This document shows positions 20,951 through 32,033 of a stretch of DNA of 64,000 nt, piece after piece. The translations under genes were made by a program, and so were the position numbers. Origin of the DNA: an uncultured Gammaproteobacteria bacterium (GTDB taxonomy: Bacteria; Patescibacteriota; Patescibacteriia; UBA9934; GWF2-40-263); the NCBI GenBank assembly GCA_964402425.1, contig CAYOCD010000004.1, positions 3,318 through 67,317 of the forward strand, given 5' to 3'. Every line of letters begins with the position of its first letter. Position 1 is the first letter of the stretch. The notes below the pieces were generated by a model. That model was not told where the DNA came from and did no database searches. It saw only the letters and a list, made by a program, of their open reading frames with translations.

Positions 20951-20980
20951 ACAGACAGCGCTTGACGCTGTCTTTTTATT
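20951..20980 (+). terminator. rho-independent terminator (acagacagcgcttgacgctgtct followed by TTTTTATTT)
   Basis: Perfect stem followed by a T-run. Confidence 0.8.
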
Positions 20981-20983
20981 TCA

Positions 20984-21379
20984 TTACCATATCAAAACCT
21001 TCAGCTGACGTTCGCAAGAACAAATGCCAAGTGATTCAAACGACTTCGGTCGTCTGAATCGGGAGATTACTCCCAATGCAATTGAGCTCGCTCGTTGCAT
21101 GGTCTTCAATGACCTATTTGCTTTCAGCTTGGTGACCCGGTAGTCCTGTTGAACAGAGCGCAAGCTCAGATTCTCGTCTTTGGTCTCGTACCAACTATCG
21201 ATTGAATCGTTCAGCATGATTATCAAATTCCAAAGTGGAACTTCTGTAATACAAGCGTGAAAAACTTGTTGAAACAATGACCGAGCTTGCTCAGTCAATC
21301 CACTTTCTCGATGATCCGCCCTCAGAAGCAAAATTGTCGAGTTGCAGTCCAGAGAGTTCTCTGTGTTGCGTGTGCCCAA
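20984..21379 (-). CDS. doubtful ORF (131 aa, TTG start) within an otherwise non-coding stretch
   Basis: It is the only ORF in about 700 nt. It starts at a TTG, has no RBS and matches no family; it may not be a real gene. Confidence 0.2.
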   Translation of the reverse strand: MGTRNTENSLDCNSTILLLRADHRESGLTEQARSLFQQVFHACITEVPLWNLIIMLNDSIDSWYETKDENLSLRSVQQDYRVTKLKANRSLKTMQRASSIALGVISRFRRPKSFESLGICSCERQLKVLIW

Positions 21380-21514
21380 ATCTTGATCGCCAAAACAAAG
21401 CTAAAGACGAAAGTCTAAACGCCTCACGTCTGTCTTTCTGACAGTTAATCTCGATCAAGCCACCACCACTTTGAACTCTCTGGGCTCGCAGGAACCCTTT
21501 TCACCTCTCTTCTC

Positions 21515-21544
21515 GAGACTCCTTGCGGGTCTCTCTTTTTTTAT
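21515..21544 (+). terminator. rho-independent terminator (gagactccttgcgggtctc followed by TCTTTTTTT) ending an unidentified plus-strand transcript
   Basis: Stem-loop plus T-run; no plus-strand CDS lies upstream of it. Confidence 0.65.
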
Positions 21545-21650
21545 TTAAAAAACATAAATAGATGTGTATTACGAGTGAAAATCCAACCACCGACTTTCCG
21601 AATATCTCTATCTGTACTAATCTGTAATCAATATCATACGCATTCCCAGC

Positions 21651-22559
21651 ATGACCATCCTCGAAGCTCTTCAATGGGCAAATAATAAGCTAAAGAAAAC
21701 AGGGGTTGAATCCCCCATGCTCGACGCGGAAATTTTACTTGCGTCTGTTTTGGATGTTCCAAAATCATGGTTATTCGGCCACATCACAGACACGCTTAAA
21801 CCACACCAAGAAGAAAAATTCTTCACACTCATCGATCGTCGGTTTAAACATGAGCCTGTCGCATATCTCATCAACCGAAAAGGATTTTATGGCCGTGATT
21901 TTTTTGTAGATCCATCTGTTCTTATCCCACGCCCAGCAACTGAATCAATGATCGAACACGCTCTTGAGGTGTTCTCAACATGCGATCGTGAAAAAACATT
22001 GTTTGTGGATATCGGAACAGGTTCAGGTGCTATTGCTGTAACACTCGCTGCTGAAACACAAACTCCAGTTCTTGCCATCGATGTAGATCCATCTGCGCTC
22101 GTCATTGCAAAACGAAACGCGCAAACAATCAATGTCGAAGAACACATCGATTTCCAACACGGCTCCTTGCTTGAGCCCGTCCTCCAACTCTTTGAAACCA
22201 TTCGAGCATCTGGCAATCCAAATATTTCGTCTGTTTATCCGTTCAAGAATTTAATCATTTGCGCCAACCTCCCCTATCTCACGACAGCACAGATGGACTC
22301 TCTTGATCCAGACGTCCGTTTTGAGCCCGTACGTGCACTCGTGGCAGGAGTCGATGGATTAGACGCCTATTGGGATTTATTTCGACAATGCAAAAAACAA
22401 CGAGACATTCTCCCGCGACATATCACTATCCTTATCGAAATTGATCCAGAACAAACAGAACGATCTATCAAACTCATTCGACACTATTTTCCAGAATCAA
22501 CCACTCGCATTGAAAAAGATCTTCAAAAAAATGATCGCATTGTTATTACGGAAATATAA
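21651..22559 (+). CDS. prmC: release factor glutamine N5-methyltransferase PrmC/HemK
   Basis: SAM-binding VDIGTGSGAIA and an NPPY-like NLPY motif; functionally linked to prfA. Confidence 0.85.
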   Translation: MTILEALQWANNKLKKTGVESPMLDAEILLASVLDVPKSWLFGHITDTLKPHQEEKFFTLIDRRFKHEPVAYLINRKGFYGRDFFVDPSVLIPRPATESMIEHALEVFSTCDREKTLFVDIGTGSGAIAVTLAAETQTPVLAIDVDPSALVIAKRNAQTINVEEHIDFQHGSLLEPVLQLFETIRASGNPNISSVYPFKNLIICANLPYLTTAQMDSLDPDVRFEPVRALVAGVDGLDAYWDLFRQCKKQRDILPRHITILIEIDPEQTERSIKLIRHYFPESTTRIEKDLQKNDRIVITEI

Positions 22560-22591
22560 AACCGTCATCCAGCATAAGGTGACGGTTTTAT

Positions 22592-23668
22592 TTATGATTG
22601 AACAACAAGTTGCGTGTTATTTTCAATAACTTCAATCCACGTTTTTCCTGGGTTCATTTCTATCTCACTTCCCTCCTTCGTAAAAAATCGAAGGCGCTCC
22701 GATGCAGTCGGTTTTTTCCAAACGGCTTGCATCTTTTTTCCATCTTGGAAAACGTATGCCTCCCCTTCTCCTGTTGTACGAACAGACCTTCGACCAATAG
22801 CATCCAACACTTCTACTTCTGTTATGACGACAGCAATATTATCTGCATGAATTTCATTTCCTTCTTTTGTTTTTACAGGTTGATCATCTTCCATGCGGAC
22901 ATAAACCTTATCCGCAACACTGTACACCCAAGAAAAAACATAATCTGGTGCAAGATAACGAATAGAGAAACGCTGTGGAAACACAGATTCAGACGCAACC
23001 GCTTTAAACTTCCATACTCCGTACAATGGACTTGTTGTGCGACCAGATGTTTGTTTTTTTTCTACAAATGTACGAAGTAATTCTGTGGATGTGTACGTAT
23101 TATGCGGAGCAAGACGATCCGTTGCCCGCCAAAACTGAGGACCATTCCAAAATTCATTCAGATCAAACGTAGCTCCGTTTTTAATCTTTTCAAGCGCCTC
23201 ATTAGATCCGCCAACATGTGTGTAAAGTGCATCAAATTCAAGCGCCCAATCAATAAAATACGGTCTTGCAGATCGTACAGGCCCGATTTTTTCCACAGAC
23301 TGATCTTCCGAAAAAAAAGCGAGTAGCCGTGGAATCCCAGCTTCAACAGGAGCTTCGATCACCAAAAACGCTTGATCAATTCCGCTTTGTGGACGAGCAT
23401 CTCTGTTTTCATCAATCATCACACCATACACCTGTTGATTGGCATGAACTTGTTCAACGCGCAGACCCGTAAGCGGATCTTGAAATTCTGAACCTGCAGA
23501 TACAGGTATGTTTACTGATGTTTCTGGCGCATCTTTTTGAGATCCAACGACAAACCAAACGGTAAGCGCAATCAAAAACACAAGCGCAATTCCTACACCG
23601 ATACGAAGCCAGAATTGTTTCTGACTCGCGTGTGTGTGATCGCGCTTGTGTGTTGTTTTTTGAAACAT
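22592..23668 (-). CDS. DUF3048-like secreted/lipoprotein (YerB-like)
   Basis: N-terminal TM/signal region, then a domain resembling the DUF3048 N/C domains. Strong RBS AAGGAGGAG ahead of the MFQKTT start at 23668. Confidence 0.55.
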   Translation of the reverse strand: MFQKTTHKRDHTHASQKQFWLRIGVGIALVFLIALTVWFVVGSQKDAPETSVNIPVSAGSEFQDPLTGLRVEQVHANQQVYGVMIDENRDARPQSGIDQAFLVIEAPVEAGIPRLLAFFSEDQSVEKIGPVRSARPYFIDWALEFDALYTHVGGSNEALEKIKNGATFDLNEFWNGPQFWRATDRLAPHNTYTSTELLRTFVEKKQTSGRTTSPLYGVWKFKAVASESVFPQRFSIRYLAPDYVFSWVYSVADKVYVRMEDDQPVKTKEGNEIHADNIAVVITEVEVLDAIGRRSVRTTGEGEAYVFQDGKKMQAVWKKPTASERLRFFTKEGSEIEMNPGKTWIEVIENNTQLVVQS

Positions 23669-23695
23669 GTTCTCCTCCTTTAACACGTTAACAAA

Positions 23696-24367
23696 TTATT
23701 TTTTTGCTTCTGTTGCCGCAGCATCAGCATCTTCCTTCGCCTTCTTTTCAACCTCTACGGCGGTGACATCAAGTTCAAGCGCTTTGTCCAAGCCAGCCAT
23801 TTCTTCTTCAGAACGTGGAGCTTGTACTGCTGCGAGTGTTGTGTTTGCATCGTCTTCAATCGTCATTCCTTCTGGAATAGTGATATCAGAGATACGGATT
23901 ACATCATCAAACGACTTGAGAATAGAAATATCGATTGTAAGCTTACGAACGAGTTTTGAAGGCAAACACTTAACGAGCACGGAATCCTTGGAAGGAACGA
24001 AGGTTCCACCAAGTGCTTTGACTGCCATAGATTCACCAACGAATTCAAGTTCCACTTCTGCTTCAATTTCCTTTGTCATGTCAACAGAACGGAAATCGAT
24101 GTGTGTCACTTCATCACGAAGTGCATCCAATTGAAAATCTTGGATAAGCACGTGAAGTGGGCTTCCGCCATTTACGGCGAGCTCGACAATCGTACTTTCA
24201 CCAGCATCTTTATATGTTTTTACAAATTGGTTGCGATCCACAGTGATCATTTTTGGCTCTATTCCAGAACCATAAACAACAGCCGGGACTTTTCCTTCTT
24301 CACGAAGCTTGCTGGTTTTACGACCAACGAGCGTTCGAATTTCTGCGGCGAGGGTAAATGTAGACAT
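23696..24367 (-). CDS. rplY: 50S ribosomal protein L25 / general stress protein Ctc
   Basis: L25 beta-barrel N-domain (LREEGKVPAVVYG) plus a Ctc-type C-terminal domain and an acidic tail. Confidence 0.9.
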   Translation of the reverse strand: MSTFTLAAEIRTLVGRKTSKLREEGKVPAVVYGSGIEPKMITVDRNQFVKTYKDAGESTIVELAVNGGSPLHVLIQDFQLDALRDEVTHIDFRSVDMTKEIEAEVELEFVGESMAVKALGGTFVPSKDSVLVKCLPSKLVRKLTIDISILKSFDDVIRISDITIPEGMTIEDDANTTLAAVQAPRSEEEMAGLDKALELDVTAVEVEKKAKEDADAAATEAKK

Positions 24368-24390
24368 AGGTAATAATTATAGGGCGGGTG

Positions 24391-24503
24391 GAAGGCTATA
24401 AAGGCGACAAATGCGATAAAGGCTTCTGAAAACGTACATTCTTTTGCGTTTCCCTTCTGCCTTTATTGCCTTTATAGCCTCTATCGCTTCTATAGCCTCT
24501 TCA
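24391..24503. repeat. cluster of GGCTATAAAGGCGA / GCCTTTAT(C/T)GCC motif repeats in inverted arrangement (family 3)
   Basis: Units ggctataaaggcgac, gcgataaaggc, then inverted gcctttattgcc, cctttatagcctc, cttctatagcctc; they lie upstream of rplY. Confidence 0.7.
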
Positions 24504-24532
24504 ATGAAATATGGCCGTATTGTGCGGAATCT

Positions 24533-24585
24533 GTCAAAAAAAGTCAACCCCGTAAGATGCGAACGTGCTTACGGGGTTTTTTTAT
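24533..24585. terminator. bidirectional terminator (accccgtaagatgcgaacgtgcttacggggt flanked by an A-run and a T-run)
   Basis: 10-bp stem; terminates the 131-aa Zn-ribbon gene on the minus strand. Confidence 0.75.
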
Positions 24586-24586
24586 A

Positions 24587-24982
24587 CTATTTCCCAAGTT
24601 TTTTTCGAGGGTGTTTCTCGGGTATTTTGGTAATTTTCTTTCCTTTTCTTTCAAAAGATAACTGAAAAAGTCCTTGCTCAAGTTGTTTATGAATATTAAT
24701 CACATCATTCACACTCACGTTTTGATTTGATCGAAAACGGACAACGTCTTCATACCCAAGATCTGTGAGAACCCCTACGGAACTTGCCCCAACCTGACTC
24801 ACAAGAACAAACGTCAAAAAGGCGTTCTGGCATTTGTGGCATTGAATATGCATGAGTTTTGTCTCTCCCGTTGCGGCGAGTGTGCGCGCATGCATGGATT
24901 TTGAACGAATTTCACAAACCGGACAATAAGAAACAAGCCGAAGACTTTGTGTTGTTTTATCTAATTTATTTGGAGTAGGCAT
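24587..24982 (-). CDS. hypothetical Zn-ribbon protein (CxxC-x22-CxxC)
   Basis: N-terminal CPVC...CHKC; lies upstream of and co-directional with the SEDS gene. Confidence 0.5.
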   Translation of the reverse strand: MPTPNKLDKTTQSLRLVSYCPVCEIRSKSMHARTLAATGETKLMHIQCHKCQNAFLTFVLVSQVGASSVGVLTDLGYEDVVRFRSNQNVSVNDVINIHKQLEQGLFQLSFERKGKKITKIPEKHPRKKLGK

Positions 24983-25049
24983 AAAGGAAGAAAAACAGCC
25001 GATTACAATTCAACCATATCATGTTTAAAAACGTTTTCAAATCATTCAC

Positions 25050-26177
25050 TCAATACAACGCCCGCACAGTTCGAATGGCAATACTTTGAATCACCCCGAC
25101 AAAAAACAAGAAAAAGATAAGTGAACTTCCTCCATAACTTACAAACGGAAGTCCAAGTCCGGTCACAGGAAACACACCCAGATTCATCCCAACATTCACG
25201 AGAACTTGTAAAAAAACAACAGCCGAGACTCCAAGCAAAAGATACGTTGTAAAATTATCTCTCGACAATCGAACAAGACGCGATATGCGCAGAAAAAAGA
25301 CCGCGAACGCTCCAAGCAAAAGTGTCACTCCAAAAAACCCAAGTTCTTCTGCGATCACGGCAAAAATAAAGTCTGTCTGACTTTCCGGAAGGAATTTTAA
25401 TTGACTCTGCGTTCCAAACCCAAGCCCGCGACCAAATCCTCCTCCTGCCCCAATTGCAATCACAGCTTGAGCAACGTTATAACCTTGTCCGAGCGGATCT
25501 TCTGTTGGATTTAAGAATGTGGCAATACGTGCTTTTTGATAAGGGGCAAACAACACAAACCAAGCAAACACAAACGCAACAATTCCACACAAAATCAACA
25601 TACCTAATGTACGCATCGGCATGCCAGCAAACAACGCAAGAATAAACCAGATCCCCATCAAAACAGCTGCAGAACCAAAATCTGGCTGAAGTAGAACCAC
25701 AAAAATCGGAAGAAGAACGATTGCGAAACTTTCAAAGAGTTCTCGCAAACCAAAATATCTCCGAGCTCGTCTACTAAAATAACTGGCGAGCATGACAATG
25801 ACTCCCGCTTTCATGAATTCAACAGGTTGAAAACTAACATTTCCAAATGCATACCAACCACGCGCACCGCGAATGGTGTCCCCTAAAAACAAAACACCCA
25901 CAAGCAGCAAAATACCTAATACATACATCCACACGCGGTAGTGTTCTAAAAATTGATAATTTGAATACGTCACAAACAATGCAATGACGCATGCAAGCAA
26001 AAGCGCAATGCATTGTTTTTTGACGTTCGTAAGATCTGTTGTGTCACGCGAAAGATCAACAGAATAAATGGCGGCCATTCCTAAAAATAGCAAAACGAGT
26101 ACGGAGAAAAACAAAATCCAATCCATGGATCGCATACGTGCAGCCATTTCTCGAATCGTATGAGTCACGGAAAACAT
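25050..26177 (-). CDS. SEDS-family peptidoglycan glycosyltransferase FtsW/RodA
   Basis: Ten-TM SEDS profile with a conserved C-terminal region (PFVSYGGSS). Confidence 0.85.
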   Translation of the reverse strand: MFSVTHTIREMAARMRSMDWILFFSVLVLLFLGMAAIYSVDLSRDTTDLTNVKKQCIALLLACVIALFVTYSNYQFLEHYRVWMYVLGILLLVGVLFLGDTIRGARGWYAFGNVSFQPVEFMKAGVIVMLASYFSRRARRYFGLRELFESFAIVLLPIFVVLLQPDFGSAAVLMGIWFILALFAGMPMRTLGMLILCGIVAFVFAWFVLFAPYQKARIATFLNPTEDPLGQGYNVAQAVIAIGAGGGFGRGLGFGTQSQLKFLPESQTDFIFAVIAEELGFFGVTLLLGAFAVFFLRISRLVRLSRDNFTTYLLLGVSAVVFLQVLVNVGMNLGVFPVTGLGLPFVSYGGSSLIFFLFFVGVIQSIAIRTVRALY

Positions 26178-26186
26178 AAAGAAAAA

Positions 26187-27098
26187 TTAACGCGTATCGA
26201 TTGTAGCTGATCCAACAAGAGGTTTATACAGTGTTGGATCAAACAAATTGAGATCAGGAATAATTTCCACCTGATCAGCAGACGGTACGGTTCCAAACCA
26301 ATTCACAACAATCTCTTGTGACTCTCCAGGCACAAGCGATTGTAAAGTTGTTTTATTTACAGCAACGACGGATGACCCGCGTTTTAACAAAAGATGAAAC
26401 GTTGGATTGTAATAACTATATGCTGTGCCATTACGAATGGTGAATGCTGTCCGAAACAATCCACCGGGATCTATTGTTGTATCTTGTGTAATGGTGGGGT
26501 TTTGAATTTCAAGACCGAGTCGATCTTGTGACCATTTCACATAATCAGGAATAGCGTGTCGATCAATGCGGTGCCAAGAAACATCCAAAAATTGAAAACG
26601 AGGATCTGTCATCCCTGTTGTAGATACAAATGCGAGTTCTGTCACAGGTTTTGCACTCTCTGGCAAAATAAATCCACGTCTCACTTCTGTTGTCCCTGTG
26701 TCAAAAACAAATTGATAATCATACTCTGCCCACCAATCCTTATTCTCATTTTGCAAAACCGCATAAAAATCGTACGTATTTTCCTTTGAAACAAACACTT
26801 GTGTATTTGGTGCGGAAAGAGGTGACGCAGAACGTGCAACAGAATACGCGCGCAAGTCTTCTTGATTCAACAAAACAGAATCAATCACCGCACGACGCTC
26901 AGGCGAGGCACTCAATACAAAAGCATCTAGCATACTCCACGACACAAACAATACAAGACAAACATCAAAAATAATCAAAGAAAGAACACTGATCTTTCCT
27001 AATCGCCCACGATTCTCAACCCACCACAGAGTTCTGCGATACTGCTTGGAGTCTTGTTTTTCTTCTTGTAAAAGAATGTTGTTGTTTGCATCTGACAT
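26187..27098 (-). CDS. hypothetical membrane-anchored protein (N-terminal TM, extracytoplasmic domain)
   Basis: Upstream of the SEDS gene; the likely start is MSDANNN; no family recognised. Confidence 0.5.
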   Translation of the reverse strand: MSDANNNILLQEEKQDSKQYRRTLWWVENRGRLGKISVLSLIIFDVCLVLFVSWSMLDAFVLSASPERRAVIDSVLLNQEDLRAYSVARSASPLSAPNTQVFVSKENTYDFYAVLQNENKDWWAEYDYQFVFDTGTTEVRRGFILPESAKPVTELAFVSTTGMTDPRFQFLDVSWHRIDRHAIPDYVKWSQDRLGLEIQNPTITQDTTIDPGGLFRTAFTIRNGTAYSYYNPTFHLLLKRGSSVVAVNKTTLQSLVPGESQEIVVNWFGTVPSADQVEIIPDLNLFDPTLYKPLVGSATIDTR

Positions 27099-27185
27099 AG
27101 ATGTCAAAATTATAACACAAAAGACATGAGGGAGTCGCAGGGATTGACTCTTTAACATACTCGACTCTTTGACTCCTGAATTTTG

Positions 27186-27194
27186 TGCTATACT
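27186..27194 (+). promoter_or_regulatory. extended -10 promoter element TGcTATACT upstream of gyrB
   Basis: TGnTATACT lies 36 nt upstream of the gyrB ATG. Confidence 0.4.
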
Positions 27195-27214
27195 CTCCCC
27201 ATCAACTTATCTGA

Positions 27215-29314
<2,100 letters not shown>

Positions 29315-29318
29315 AAGA

Positions 29319-29350
29319 AAACCCTGGACTTTTTCCAGGGTTTTTTATTT
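29319..29350 (+). terminator. rho-independent terminator (ccctggactttttccaggg followed by TTTTTTATTT)
   Basis: Perfect stem followed by a T-run. Confidence 0.85.
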
Positions 29351-29422
29351 GACGAAATCACAAAGAGTCTGTATAGTCTCTTTATTAATGACCTGCCGGA
29401 GGTCATTTTAAAATACAAAATT

Positions 29423-29650
29423 ATGTCTGATACACATGCACACACCAAGAAAAACCCAGTTACATGGCTTATTCAATACATTCGTGAATCTGTAGAAGAA
29501 ATCCGAAAAGTAACCTGGCCAAGTAAGCAAGACACATTTAAATATTCTTTAATTGTGATCGGACTTTGTGTGATTCTCGCCGCATTCTTTGTTGGCCTGG
29601 ATTGGGTCCTTGCCCTTGGTATTCAAAAACTCATCGCAATTAAGCAATAA
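29423..29650 (+). CDS. secE: preprotein translocase subunit SecE
   Basis: Single C-terminal TM; conserved position ahead of nusG. Confidence 0.85.
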   Translation: MSDTHAHTKKNPVTWLIQYIRESVEEIRKVTWPSKQDTFKYSLIVIGLCVILAAFFVGLDWVLALGIQKLIAIKQ

Positions 29651-29666
29651 TAAAGTTCTTTAATAA

Positions 29667-29766
29667 GGCCATAGAGGCAATAAAGGCGATAGATGCGATA
29701 AAGGCCGAAGGGGTACTAAGCGCATTCTAAAGCCTCTGTAGCCTTTATCGCCTCTCTAGCCTTCCC
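29667..29766. repeat. family 3 repeat cluster (GGCAATAAAGGCGATAGATGCGATAAAGGCC ... AGCCTCTGTAGCCTTTATCGCCTCTCTAGCC) in inverted arrangement
   Basis: Same motif family as 24391-24503; sits in the secE-nusG intergenic region. Confidence 0.7.
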
Positions 29767-29770
29767 CAAT

Positions 29771-30316
29771 ATGGCCAAACAGATAGCAAACCAAGGTCGT
29801 CGATGGTACGCCATCCACACATACTCAGGGTATGAAGAAAACGTGGCTCAAAACTTGAACCAACGTATTGAGACCATGGACATGACAGACAAAATCTTTC
29901 ACGTCCTTGTTCCAAAAGAAATGAAAGTCAAAATCAAAAACGGAAAGCGCAAAACCACAGAAGAAAAGATCTTTCCGGGTTATGTGCTCGTTGAAATGAT
30001 CGTGTCAGACGATTCTTGGTACGTTGTCCGAAACACACCAAACGTAACCGGATTCATTGGAACCGGAACAACCCCTACCCCAATCCAACAAGAAGAAATC
30101 GACGCACTCCAGAAACGCATGGGTGTTGCAGAGCCAGAACTCAAGCTCGATATCGAAGTTGGTTCTACTGTTCAAATCACAGATGGTCCATTTAAAGGAC
30201 AAGAAGGAAAAGCTTCTGAAATTGACGTCGAACGCGGCAAAATCAAGGTTCTCGTTTCCCTCTTTGGTCGCGAAACCCCAGTTGAGCTCGATTTCTTGCA
30301 AGTTAAGAAGGTTTAG
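29771..30316 (+). CDS. nusG: transcription termination/antitermination factor NusG
   Basis: NGN domain (RRWYAIHTYSGYE) and KOW (FKGQEGK). Confidence 0.92.
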   Translation: MAKQIANQGRRWYAIHTYSGYEENVAQNLNQRIETMDMTDKIFHVLVPKEMKVKIKNGKRKTTEEKIFPGYVLVEMIVSDDSWYVVRNTPNVTGFIGTGTTPTPIQQEEIDALQKRMGVAEPELKLDIEVGSTVQITDGPFKGQEGKASEIDVERGKIKVLVSLFGRETPVELDFLQVKKV

Positions 30317-30393
30317 GCTATTATTTCGCCACTTATTCATAGTTGGTCGCCAGCGTTTTATAAATCGCTGGAATCCAATAACCAAATCATTCT

Positions 30394-30816
30394 ATGGCAA
30401 AAAAGTTGCTTACACAGGTTAAACTGCAAATCCAAGGAGGCGCAGCAACACCTGCACCACCAGTCGGTCCAGCGCTCGGTCAACACGGGTTGCCAATCGG
30501 AGAATTCGTTAAACAATTCAATGATGCAACACAAGACCGCCGCGGAGAAGTCGTTCCAGTTGTGATCAATGTTTATGATGATCGTTCGTTTACCTTCATC
30601 ACAAAAATTGCTCCAGCATCAGAACTCATCAAAAAAGTTGCAGGCATCAAGTCTGGATCTGGAAAGCCACTTACAGACAAAGTTGCAACCATTACACGCG
30701 CTCAGTTGAAAGAGGTCGCCATCAAAAAGATGCCTGACTTGAACACAACAGACGTTGAGGCTGCAATGAAGATTATCGAAGGAACCTGTCGTCAGATGGG
30801 AGTGGACGTAAAGTAA
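30394..30816 (+). CDS. rplK: 50S ribosomal protein L11
   Basis: [32 protein letters not shown] signature. Confidence 0.95.
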   Translation: MAKKLLTQVKLQIQGGAATPAPPVGPALGQHGLPIGEFVKQFNDATQDRRGEVVPVVINVYDDRSFTFITKIAPASELIKKVAGIKSGSGKPLTDKVATITRAQLKEVAIKKMPDLNTTDVEAAMKIIEGTCRQMGVDVK

Positions 30817-30833
30817 TCTAAAAAAATATTCAT

Positions 30834-30874
30834 CGAGCTTGTCGAGATGCCGTAAAGGGTTCTCGACAAGCTCG
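30834..30874. repeat. perfect 14-bp hairpin CGAGCTTGTCGAGA-n13-TCTCGACAAGCTCG (repeat family 2; alternatively an L1 autoregulatory leader structure)
   Basis: Inverted repeat in the rplK-rplA intergenic region; the same arms recur at 60856-60905, 62345-62390, 63907-63920 and 42489-42506. Confidence 0.7.
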
Positions 30875-30931
30875 AACAATAAAAAATACGTGGGAGCATC
30901 TTCTTGATGCGTTCGTACCACACAAAACATT

Positions 30932-31612
30932 ATGCCAACAAGCAAACGTTACGGCGTGGCAAAAAGCCTCGTTCAAAAATCAAAGACCTATTCCATCGAC
31001 GAAGCGGTTGGCCTTATCAAAAAGACCGCAACCGCAAAGTATGATGAATCTGTAGAACTTCACATCAAGCTTGGAATCGACGCAACAAAATCTGATCAAC
31101 AAATTCGCGGAACCATCGCTCTTCCACATGGAGTTGGAAAGTCCAAAAAAGTGATCGCGTTCGTTGAAGCAGAAAAAGAAGCAGAAGCAAAAGCAGCGGG
31201 TGCGGACATTGTTGGAGGAGAAGAACTTGTCAACGAAATCGCAGCATCTGGAAACTTGAACTTCGACGTCGCTGTTGCAACCCCGGCCATGATGCCTAAG
31301 ATCGCAAAACTCGCGCGTATCCTCGGACCACGCGGAATGATGCCAAACCCAAAGACAGATACCGTTTCTCCAAACGTTACAAAAATGATTTCTGAACAAA
31401 AGGCTGGTAAACAAAGTTTTAAGAACGATCCAACCGGAAACGTTCACCAAATCTTTGGCCGTGCTTCGTTCTCAGAAGAACAACTCAAAGAAAACCTTAT
31501 TGCTCTTCTCGACGCCATTCGCAAATTGAAACCATCTTCCTCAAAAGGAATCTTCATGCGCAACGTCGTGATTGCATCAACGGTTGGTCCTGGAATCAAG
31601 ATCCAAGCATAA
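30932..31612 (+). CDS. rplA: 50S ribosomal protein L1
   Basis: Full-length L1 homology. Confidence 0.95.
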   Translation: MPTSKRYGVAKSLVQKSKTYSIDEAVGLIKKTATAKYDESVELHIKLGIDATKSDQQIRGTIALPHGVGKSKKVIAFVEAEKEAEAKAAGADIVGGEELVNEIAASGNLNFDVAVATPAMMPKIAKLARILGPRGMMPNPKTDTVSPNVTKMISEQKAGKQSFKNDPTGNVHQIFGRASFSEEQLKENLIALLDAIRKLKPSSSKGIFMRNVVIASTVGPGIKIQA

Positions 31613-31619
31613 AAAAAAT

Positions 31620-31656
31620 AAAACATCTCGCATAAAAATCGAGATGTTTTTTATTT
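31620..31656 (+). terminator. rho-independent terminator (aacatctcgcataaaaatcgagatgtt followed by a T-run)
   Basis: Stem plus TTTTTTATTT. Confidence 0.8.
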
Positions 31657-31721
31657 GACAGAAGTATTCTTTGCTACTAATTTGTATTCATCATTCGTTT
31701 GACCCTCACAGTAGGTAAACC

Positions 31722-31943
31722 ATGAGATTCTTCCCAAAAGACCCTCACCTCCACATCATCTTCGCCGGCATGCTCACATATGCATTCGTCACAGAATCCG
31801 GACGGATTGTTCTTGGTCCGATCGTGTATGTGACATCTTCCGCTTGGAACATCATTACAAATATTTCTATGTTTGTCTTTGGATGCTCTGTGTGTCTGTC
31901 CGCAATCGTCTACGCAAAGTACCTCGACTTCAAATACAAATAA
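31722..31943 (+). CDS. small hypothetical membrane protein (73 aa)
   Basis: Two hydrophobic segments; weak start context. Confidence 0.3.
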   Translation: MRFFPKDPHLHIIFAGMLTYAFVTESGRIVLGPIVYVTSSAWNIITNISMFVFGCSVCLSAIVYAKYLDFKYK

Positions 31944-32033
31944 GCCTTTCTGCACTCATCTGAGTGCTTTTTCTTTTCAGCTACTTATGGTAAATATAAG
32001 TTGGTTATTCAAAAATCTTTACGTGAGGTTCCT

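Noticed and set aside
23667-24134. 155-aa Ser-rich plus-strand ORF
   Set aside because: It is antisense to rplY and is low-complexity.
24444-24665. 73-aa plus-strand ORF over the family 3 repeats
   Set aside because: It is a translation of the repeat array (repetitive IASIAS peptide), not a gene.
30817-30931. rplK-rplA spacer hairpin as the classical L1 autoregulatory site
   Set aside because: Not fully rejected, but the same arm sequence recurs at unrelated loci. I therefore treated it primarily as a member of repeat family 2.
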